Origin: Tubulanus polymorphus
Taxonomy: Eukaryota; Animalia; Nemertea
NCBI RefSeq assembly: GCF_964204645.1
Contig: NC_134032.1
Location: forward strand, 8,234,275-8,298,274
Length of the DNA: 64,000 nucleotides
Direction: 5' to 3'
Below the pieces are notes generated by a model. The model was given only the letters and a program-made list of their open reading frames with translations, ran no database searches and was not told the origin of the DNA. Position 1 is the first letter of the stretch. The number at the start of each line of letters is the position of its first letter. Made by a program: the position numbers and the translations under genes. This document shows positions 35,527 through 45,707 of the stretch, piece after piece.

Positions 35527-38500
35527 TCAACAAGCAGCTGGAGTTTGGAATGTGAATTTATAAACGCATCTTTCATCCTCATCGACGTGAGACACACGAT
35601 CAGTTAAACCACATTTAAACCGTATCTAAAAAATGAGATCAGTTAAAACAAATTCAAACTGTATCTGAAAATGAAATCAGTTAAACCACCTGTATCTTAA
35701 CCCTTTCACTGCGTCTACACCGCAGTGCGGTGTATAAATCAGTGATTGATTTTGCTAGTACACCGCACTGCGGTGTATTGATGTAATTAGTAATTATCTC
35801 TCTTGAAAAATGGCAGCACCTGTCAAACATAGTGAAATACTAGTAACTAACGATACACTGCGTCACGGTTTAGAAGCACTATAGTGGTATTCCCGTTATT
35901 CAACACACTAGGGTGGATTTAAAAAAAAAATTCCAATTATCTCCAGCACTATAGGGTATTAATTAGTCAACACTGAAAGGGTTAAAACGACATCAGTTAA
36001 TCTGAAACCGTTTTCAACAATTTTCTTGTCCTTTTATGACCTAGATTTATCGAAATGGTTATATTTTACTTGGACCCAGCCTTAGTGTCGGCTTGATTCG
36101 TTGAGTTAGAATTATTGGTTGTTTCCAGGATCCGTTATCGCAGTATGTTTAGGATCAATTTGAAAAGGCAACTTCGATACTATATATATTAGATACCTGT
36201 TTGATACCTAGTAAGAGGAAGGTATAAAATTTCAACCCATCGCTTAAGGTCGGTAGGTATCAACTTCAGTCCATAGAAATGAGAATAGTATTCTGGACCT
36301 AGCTCGATGACTAGTATGAAAATGATAATTCCACCGCTTTTTTCAAAATTCTCAAAACTATATTTCACGAGACTCACCAGACTTTTTCTGTGATCTCCAT
36401 CTGGGCAGCCATCTGCATCTCCGCGGTCCATCACCAGCATCCAACCTCCGCCTTCATCTGCATCGAGGCGACTCAGCGTCGGAGTTCGACCGATATTTTT
36501 CGGCGACTGCGATAATTTATCCTGACGAACTTCGCGGAACGGACAGACTATGTATTTATACTGGGATGTTTCGAAATTGAAACACGTCTCGGAGAGTTTA
36601 TAAAAAAGACCATGCGGTCCGTGGATCTGAAAAAATGTTTTTGAAAATAAGAATGATAATCATCAATTAATCAATAATTTGTTCAAAGGATTCTTTTCAT
36701 GTGCCAATACAGCGGTATGTTTAGGAGTTCGTCACGAGGTTCAGACCCAGTGTCTTCCACATTATGGAGAACACCGAGGCCTTAGCCTTGCAATAGATGC
36801 TGCTCTTTTTAACAAGACAGATCATTAAACTCTGCAAACTTGTTCTCTCGGACCTATTCATGTTTTTCTTCAAAAAAAACTAACAGTGGGCATTTGACAA
36901 GGCTGCTTTATCCAAGATCATGCCTTACATTCTTTTGGACATCCGCCTTCATTTTGGATCCCCTTGCAACGTACTGCTCCGCTAGATAATCATCACTGGA
37001 GATTGAGGCCATTAACACTTCATTGTAAAAGAGGGTTTACAAAAGCAGGTACCAATCGGCAACAGAATGATACCTGCATTGGTACCATTTCTGTGAAAAC
37101 CTACATGTTCCATAAACGGTTGCCCTATGGTGTATTTATAGTATTCTTTTATACGATGGCCCCTTGCTGTTGGATTTGTCTCTGGGCTTCAAGCTCATTG
37201 CAAGAGGGATTATGAAAGCAGGTACTAATCGGCTATAGAATGATACCTGCATACCATTCATTCCAGTTCTGTGAAAACCTACATGTTCCATAAACGGTTG
37301 CCCTATGGCGTATTTTAAGTACTCTTGTTTCATGACGGCCCCTCGCTGTTGGATTTGTCTCTCGGCTTCTAGCGCTTTTAAATGAATATAGCAGGTTGAC
37401 TGACAGGGCGCGTGCATCACCACATACTTCAGTTTATCTGAAACAAAATTGTTTACAAAAGCATTGAAAATATCTTTTGAAAATTCTCATCTTCTAAACT
37501 CCAATGCAAGATCTATTAACCGCTGCATGCAATAGATTCATAATTTGCATCCCAGTGCAGTGTTCTTATGCTACTACTCAGCTTTAGACAATGAGTAAGC
37601 TGTATGTACTCATTGTGTGTGTGTGGTGTTTCGTGTATTATGTACGATGCATAAACCCACAGCAGTTCACGGTAAGGAGACAAACCGGCTGCAAATGCTG
37701 CTGCTTCCATCATTAAATTCAAGGCCTGATATTTTTCTGACAAATTTTGTCTGAGTTGAGAAGTCTAATGCACCGTCCAATTCGGACTGCCCTTAAGTTG
37801 GACAAATTTTCACTTTTCTTAAAAGATCCGACTTGAGCAGAGCCACAAGTCGGCCACAAGTTCTCAAGTCGGACAAGTTTTGGCCTAAAAACCAAGTTAA
37901 ACAAATTCTTCATGTACCGTCCGTTGATTGCCAAAATCGTATAGATATAAGTATTTCTATATTAGCGTTAACATACCTTCGTCGATTCTGATATTATCGG
38001 GAAGCGTGATATTGTTCCATTCGTCGCTGCCGTCGCAACAATCACAAATACCGTCGTTCACCCGCGACGACACGACCATCCCGTTTATACCGGCGATTTG
38101 AGTTGTACAATAAAACCTGTACAATGAGAAAACATTAAACTGTTGATGTCCTAGGGCAAACTACGTAGCATCTACTGATGGATCCTCACTTGCCTCAAGT
38201 GGAGGAATCCCCTAGTGCCACTACGGCAACACCAGAGGCGAATTTATCGAAACATACCTGATTCTGGTTACGGTACTTGACCAGTATAGGGTACTCAATT
38301 ATGAGTATCCTCTGTAGATGAATGAGTTGTTGATTTTGGTTGCAACAAATATGGCCGAACTGCAAATGAGTGACCGTCATTTTCCTTTTCTCCGGTATAA
38401 TACTCAATACAATACCCAAAATTAAGTACACCCTTGGATAGATGTGCTGAGTACCATACTCGAGTACATTTGTCAAAAAATGCGCAGTTGGAGTACTCAG

Positions 38501-40469
38501 AACTGCAGGCGTGGATCCAGACTATCGCACATGCAGCAAATGCAGTAGTCGCAGTTTTCAAATGCCATTGAAAAATTTATGTTTCGGGAAAAAAGTAAAT
38601 AAAAGGGCACACAATTTGTGCGCCATAGAAAATGATTGCTTTTCTGTACTAGGCCTAAAGCAAAATGTGAATGAAATTAATTGCCCGAAATCATAAAAGG
38701 CAATCTAAGGCATTTTTTTTTCCTCAAAGGGGCACTATTCTGAAAGAGACTCTATAGATTTAATCGAAAAAGGGCAAATTTCGCCAAAAATCTAAAAAGG
38801 GCATAAGCAAATTGAATGTGAAGGTAAATTTAGTGGCATGATACCAATGAATGGCACTCAAACTCAAACTCGCTCGCTGGGCATTAATACTGGCCCTTTT
38901 CAAAATTGGTGCCCTTTTTTCACTGTGCTGTAGTTACTGTATGGCCCTGGATCCGCGCCTGAACTGAGTACATTTCAATAAATTCGCCTTCGCACACATG
39001 GTGTCTCCTCACATGCCTCAAGTGCAGAAATCCTGTTTCGCCACAGAAGTCGATATCCCAGAGCACGAAAGAAGAATCCTCTATTGCCACAGTAATCGAC
39101 ATCATACTGCAAACTTGTGCACCTGGTGGATCCTCACTTGAACAAGTGGAGGAAGCCTTTATCATCACAGTAGTCTATGCCTCACTGCACACTAGCACAC
39201 CTGGTGGATCATCACTTGCCACAATGCGGTAAGTGGAGGAATCCTCCATCGCCATTGCCATTGATGTCATACTTCATCCTAGCACAGCGCTGGTGGATTC
39301 TCACTTGCCACAAATGGCGGATTCCTCAGTTGCCACAATAGTGAAGCTTAAACTACTGAGGCTAAATTTGAATCATTCCTGATTCAATTGTCGATTCAAT
39401 TTCACTCTAAGTTAATACAAGGACTCACCTAGAGTTTGCACAAGCAGATGTTCCTGGTTCATCGGAACCATCTTCACAATCGCAGTAATCATCATTGACA
39501 CGTGATATGTTCATTTTCTCCTAAAAAGAAAAACAATCAAGATTCCTTATTTGTGAAAATAAGTACATTTTAAATTGCTTAATTCTACCGTCAAAAACAA
39601 TTAATTTTTGATTACTTTAACTCAACAGTCAAAATCATTTGATGGTCAATTTCTACAATTACTTTTGACTCTACAGTCAAACATTCTATTTTTGATTGTT
39701 TTAACACTCAGTTCATAAATCAATATTCAAAAATCAGTTCATTTTCATTTGGGCCTACTTAAACTCAAGTCAAAACAAATTCATTTTCAATTGTTTTTAC
39801 TTTACAGAGAAAATCAGTATGTTTTCCATTACTCTAAGTCTACACAGAAAATCAGTCAATTTTCAATTGCTTGAATCTAAGAATGAAAAGAAAGATGTAA
39901 TATGCTTTCTTTGTCTTCAATTGAACCTGATCTCACAGCTAGCTTTGCTTAAAACTAATCTATATAAAACTTGACCCAGAAGATCTGAAGAAAACTTTCT
40001 AACCTACCCCTGAATTGAAACAAGTAAACCGGCCTTCACCGTCCGGTTGATATTTCGCGATGAGCTCTGGATTCATCCCTAACGGTTTAAACGACCGAAC
40101 AACTGCCACCGCGGTCGTTGCGACCGAATTCGATACGCGCCGACGAAAATCGAAGATTCGTCGTTCTTTCGCGGCGATGATCTTTTTCAGACTCTCCATT
40201 TCATTGATGACGAGGTTATTCTTTTTCACGACTCGCGCGAACGCCGGGAAGTTCGGTTTCAGCAATCTGCCGAGCGCGTCGATTTTCACGACGGGCCGAT
40301 GCGCCTCCACGTCGCGGTCGTCATTCGGAGCCGAATTTCGTCGTTTCGATGAAGACGTGAGCAGTTTTACGCTGAATATCTGAAATCCCAGATAGATGGC
40401 AATAGCGCATACGCACAAGAACACGAAGCGGAAAGTCGGACCCCGGCGCAGCACTCTCGGTAAAACCAT
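35527..40469 (-). CDS. Glucosidase II beta subunit (PRKCSH)-like protein with N-terminal membrane anchor and C-terminal MRH domain, 398 aa; coding exons 40469-40008, 39520-39429, 38116-37977, 37437-37283, 36626-36378, 35625-35527
   Basis: GT-AG introns, phases match, 1197 nt open. [34 protein letters not shown] and [17 protein letters not shown] are the GIIbeta N-terminal cysteine-rich repeats; [21 protein letters not shown]...[17 protein letters not shown]...[17 protein letters not shown] is an MRH domain. An acceptor near 40518 implies an upstream non-coding exon. Confidence 0.9.
35701..35981. mobile_element. piggyBac-like MITE family A, intact ends
   Basis: TTAA|CCCTTTCA...TGAAAGGG|TTAA: TTAA TSD and CCC/GGG termini. 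Confidence 0.85.
39120..39340. repeat. Degenerate intronic repeat (GGTGGATCCTCACTTG...AAGTGGAGGAATCC), also at ~38178-38225
   Basis: Three to four diverged copies read directly. Confidence 0.6.
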
Positions 40470-40919
40470 TTTTACGATAGAATTATCAATATTCCATTGA
40501 TGAGTTCATAGTTCCCCCTGTAGATAAATAAAACAAACTTCATTCACGAAAAAAAAATTCTGGATTTTCATATGATTTGACGGGAGGTAGGGTTTAGTCA
40601 GTAACCATAATACATAATAGGCCTAAGTCTCACAATCCAGAAGCTGAAAAGTTAGAATATAGAATTAAAATTCATTCTAACAACCGAATATTCGTTTTCC
40701 CCTTGAAATTTTAAATTTTTGGCTTTGCAATTGCATGACTCATCTGTGCTCTTCATTCGCAACTCATTTTCATTGCGATGTTTTACTTTGTAACCAGTGT
40801 AATTTTGAGATTAGCCTACCCATTATCATTAACCTAAGCTAACCGAAAAAAATGAGATGATTAAGAAACCCTAACTTTAAATGTATACTGTGGAAGTTGA
40901 GGCTCAAATCTGCTCGACG

Positions 40920-41200
40920 ATTCAATTCAATTCAATACTTTATTACAACTTAAAAGTTTTACAGTAAAACATACAAGTATATAATGCAATAAAGGAGAAA
41001 AAGGACAATTAATTTTACAGAGTAGAAAATTACAATTTAAAATAGACAGGATAACACATTTTGCGGAACAAGCATGATTTAGAGGACACTCCGGGGCTCC
41101 ATCATGAGAAAACTGGAAGAAGCATATGTATACTACCCGGGAGGTGGGAGTGAAAAACCAAGTTGAGGGTTCACTCCCACCTCCCGGGCATATCTAACAA
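40920..41200 (-). mobile_element. Probable 3' end of a non-LTR retroelement with GC-rich stem-loop and (TTGAA)n tail
   Basis: Minus strand ends AATAAAGTATTGAATTGAATTGAAT; 19-bp perfect hairpin CCCGGGAGGTGGGAGTGAA/TTCACTCCCACCTCCCGGG at 41136-41188. Confidence 0.5.
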
Positions 41201-41830
41201 AAAAGACGTCCCAAGCATATCAATTCATTCAGTAATTTATTGAGTAAAGCGTTTCTACTTTCTGTTAAATGGCAAATTTCGAGAAGGGTCATTAAATGGA
41301 TTAAAATGAAATAAATTAAATGTATTGATATATCGATACTTAACAAATAAAACGAAAGTAATATTTCAATTAAAATTCATTCATAATAAGAAATGTATTT
41401 CTAAAAAGTCATGTAGTTAACTGACGACAGAAAGTTATGGGGATTATATAAATTTCAAAGCATTAATTTAATTATTCAAATATCCTATAGGCCTACATAA
41501 ACAATTTGTGTCGTCCACTGATATTAGTGCGTTTCAATATGCTGTATATTCTTATTCAACTGTGAATTTTTTGGGGGTTTCTACTGCTTTCGCAGCAACT
41601 CTATTGTAATTCTGCTGATCATATTTTTCTTCGGGGTAAGGGTTGGTTGATCATATGTCATATTATTTTTTCGTGAGGTTAATTACCTAAGCGCAGGCCA
41701 ACTTTAATCAGTTTTATACTTTATCTAATGACAATGGCATAATTATAGTTGCCACAAGCAATAAGGCATACACAATTAAATCTAATCTGATCAGCCCTGC
41801 GGGTGCAATTATATACGTAGTCTACTGTCG

Positions 41831-42740
41831 TCAACCTGCCCTGTGAGGCTAGTTTAACTACTGCAGTTTGAGTTCTGCAGATCACCTGCCCTGAGAGGCC
41901 AGTTCAACTGCTGCAGTTTGACTTCAGATATCAACCTGCCCTGAGAGGCCAGTTCAACTGCTGCAGATTGACTTCAGATATCAACCTGCCCTGAGAGGCC
42001 AGTTCAACTGCTGCAGATTGACTTTCGATGTCAACCTGCCCTGAGAGGCCAGTTCAACTGCTGCAGTTTGACTTCAGATATCAACCTGCCCTGAGAGGCC
42101 AGTTCAGCTGCTGCAGATTGACTTCCGATATCAACCTGCCCTGAGAGGCCAGTTCAACTGCTGCAGTTTGACTTCAGATATCAACCTGCCCTGAGAGGCC
42201 AGTTCAACTGCTGCAGATTGACTTCCGATGTCAACCTGCCCTGAGAGGCCACTTTCATTCTGCAGAAATCAACCTGCCCTGAGAGGCCAGTTCAACTGCT
42301 GCAGATTGACTTCCGATGTCAACCTGCCCTGAGGCCAGTTTTGATTCTGCAGAAATCAACCTGCCCTGAGAGGCCAGTTTTGTTCTGCAGAAATCAACCT
42401 GCCCTGAGAGGCCAGTTCAACTGCTGCAGATTGATTTCCGATATCAACCTGCCCTGAGAGGCCAGTTTAACTGCTGCAGTTTTAGTTCTGATATCAACCT
42501 GCCCTGAGGCCAGTTTTGATTCTGCAGAAATCAACCTGCCCTGAGAGGCCAGTTCAACTGCTGCAGTTTGACTTCCGATATCAACCTGCCCTGAGAGGCC
42601 AGTTCAACTGCTGCAGTTTGACTTCCGATATCAACCTGCCCTGAGAGGCCAGTTTCACTCTGGAGATATCACCTGCCCTGAGAGGCTAGTTTAAACTGCT
42701 GCAGTTTGACTTCCGATATCAACCTACCCTGAGGGGCCAT
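41831..42740. repeat. ~50-bp minisatellite (TCAACCTGCCCTGAGAGGCCAGTTCAACTGCTGCAGTTTGACTTCCGATA) with ~38-40-bp variant units
   Basis: About 19 tandem units read directly. Confidence 0.95.
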
Positions 42741-44307
42741 TTGTTGCAAGTGCATTCATATTTATTGATGCAAACAATGTATAGAAATACGTATGCAATT
42801 GTAACACAAGAAAGTGAAGTGCAAAGAAATTGGTCGAAGAAACATAGCACGTTAATTGTAAATTATAGATTACATAGATTAAATAAAAACAGCGCCGCTT
42901 GGAATCATATAATTTAATTGTTACAAAAACTTGTATCATCGTTATCATTAATTAGGCCTACCTAACATAGCAGCAAAATACTATTCCTGAGAATAATTGT
43001 GATTTTTCTTCTTCATTAAGTTATAGATGAAATTTTTGATGATGTTTTGATAAGAAATGTTCCCACAGAAAAAAGTTTTTTTCATTTCTTTATTTCTATG
43101 AAAAATATTAGTATTTTTTAATTTGTTTCTGAAAAATACCAATTCTAATTCTATTCAGGTCAGGTTCCTGCCCTGAGAAGCCATGTGGCCTCTTAGGGCA
43201 GGTTCTGGAAATTCTGCAGAATGACTCATAATATGCAAATTTCATATCTTAGCGATGACGCTCAAAAATGACAGTTCAAAATCCAAAAGTAGCTTATCTT
43301 GATTATTTCAATAACGCATCGGCAAACGTTTCATTACAAACCATCAGCGAGATATGCAAAGGTTTTTACCTCAATTTTTGTATTTTTCTAACGCGTTTTT
43401 CTAAACCCAGAAATGGAAGAAACGCAGAGACTCCACGCGACCTTCAAACCTCAAACTATTTCATATCTATTTGGATATATTTCGATATTATAATTAATAT
43501 ATTATATATTATAATATTATGATTAATAATATGGATTTTTATTGTTTTACTTTGGCAAAACGATTCAAATTGTTTGAAAAACTTCGATCATATCCTATTT
43601 CTCACAGGCTAGATGGCGCACTAGTACGGCGTAGAATTCATTATTTGACAGCTCCGAACATCGCTCCGAACGATTTTTCGAAGTCGAAGACTGATTTTAG
43701 ATAGGATTTTACCTAATTATTGGTAAGAACACAGCTTTTTTATCGCTCCCGTAAAAAAGGAATGACAGAATAAGTTAAATCCGAACTAAAGGCCCACGCA
43801 AAACCCAAGTAAACAAAAGAATATTACTTGGACTTCAAGCCTTTCAAGCCTTTAGTTTTTTGTCAAAGACGAAGTTGCAGTTCTATATTTTTCTTTCTGG
43901 AATTCTGGGCCGCCACCTGCCCACACACACTGGCACTGGTGGGGCACTACACAGCCCAAGTGATGACATTTCCCCTCCATCTGATGGGCATTGCCCACGC
44001 TAGGGCCCACAGACACAGTGAAAAACCACAGGGACTTACTTGTCACAATTGATAGTGAATGAAAAAAACCAATATCAATGACTAGGTCCACTATCCCTGT
44101 ATAATATTATACAGTTGCGGGATACTGGTACCCCCATCATTGGTCTCATCCATTATCAGTCGTGACAAGTCCCTGTGTGAAAAACCTGTTGCAGTCGTGG
44201 GCCTATTCGATTCCTATGTCAGTGTCATCATAATCATTACCACACACTCACCACGGGTGCAGGGCTCTTTTGACCCTCTCTCAGTTTAGAGGTTTCCAAG
44301 TCTGAAT

Positions 44308-45408
44308 CACAGGGGGTCGTCACGATAGCTGGGGGTAAAAAATCAAAGATTTGACCCAGTATCCTACTGTCTGTCACACCTACTCTCCGTGCGACGTTTT
44401 GGTCCGTAATTTCGTTAATAATCGGTTTATCTACGTTTATTATGCATCAATTTGTTCAGTGAGGAATTTGCATTCAGAAATAAACAACAATTTTCACTTA
44501 AGTTGTTTTTGTTTTCATTTATGAGCGATAGTTTACTCAGCATACGCTCGCGTAATGCTGAAAAATCCGCTCCGTGGACGCTCGAAAACGTTACAGTGAC
44601 GTCATCACCTGCTCATTCATTTCAAAATACAGTAGGTGGCGCCATGTGACGGGCCATAAAAGCCGTTTTTCAGCATTACGCGAGCGTATGCTAGGTAAAC
44701 TATCGCTGATAGAAGAAAACACAAACAAATTTCTGCCAGTTCATGATTTATTTCTGAATGCAAATTCCTTACTGAACAAATTGATGCATAATATTTACAG
44801 ATCAACCGATTATTAACGAAATTACGGACCAAAACGTCGCACGAAAAGCATGTGTGACGGACAGTAGGTACCACCTATAAAAAAAGAAAAGGGAGCTAAC
44901 ATTTTGACATACTAGAATTGACCTTAGATTATCTGGATTATCAGCTCGCCAGTCGCGGGTATCGGAACGGATTATCAAATAAAGGCATTTTTCAATAAGG
45001 TCAGTTCATAAGCTTTCCAGCGATGTATGATATGTGATGATTTACGTCCGGGAACCGCGTCAACTCATCGTTTTTCGTCGGGAATCGACTACTCCGAGAC
45101 GTCCTAGTAATTCCGGCTTTGGCTATTTTGACTCGTTTTTTTTGGGTTTGAGTCCTGATTTCTCGGGTGTCGCTTATCCGATTTTGTCGCGGAAGGTCTC
45201 AAACGAAAAAGTAACCTCTTAGGAATGAAACGAAACCGATTTCGTGCGAATCGGTCGATGGGTTACGAAGTTATGAGCGATTGAAATGAGAAGGTCAATT
45301 CTAGTATGTCAAAATGTTAGCTCCCTTTTCTTTTTTTATAGGTGGTACCTAGGATACTGGGTCAAATCTTTGATTTTTGACCCCCAGCTATCGTGACGAG
45401 CCCCTGTG
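44308..45408. mobile_element. Composite element: palindromic MITE with 8-bp TSD (GTCTGAAT) hosting two TA-flanked MITEs (44367-44864 and 44867-45349)
   Basis: TSD at 44300-44307 and 45409-45416; outer TIR CACAGGGG...CCCAGTATCC; inner inverted repeats of ~200 bp and 59 bp; TA at 44365, 44865 and 45350. Confidence 0.88.
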
Positions 45409-45707
45409 GTCTGAATACCGGAAGATGTACTGTTTGGGAACAATTGCCAGATACTAGACAAATAGGCCTATGGCTAGAGGGTTCCCTGATCTGAAAGTTT
45501 GCTCTGGTGACCATCCTATAGTCTTCCAGTCCTAAGCAGTGTAGATCTAACTAGAACAAGTTGTTGACGGCTGGGAGGCCGGAAAAATGGTCAGACCAAA
45601 CTGTCATAACCCGCAAGGTCTTCACATCAGCTATCCCTTAAGTTTCCCTCTCTCTGTGGCCTAGGCATCAGCCCTCTCTTTGAATCATTGATTTTCTTAT
45701 TCAGAAA

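Noticed and set aside
40060-40383. 107-aa plus-strand ORF
   Set aside because: Antisense shadow of the PRKCSH-like first coding exon.
35527-40469. Calling this gene PRKCSH or GNPTG outright
   Set aside because: Lacks EF-hand/acidic/HDEL features of PRKCSH and has cysteine-rich repeats that GNPTG lacks; orthology needs a phylogeny.
41831-42740. CRISPR-like repeat-spacer pattern
   Set aside because: The intervening segments are near-identical to each other; it is a minisatellite.
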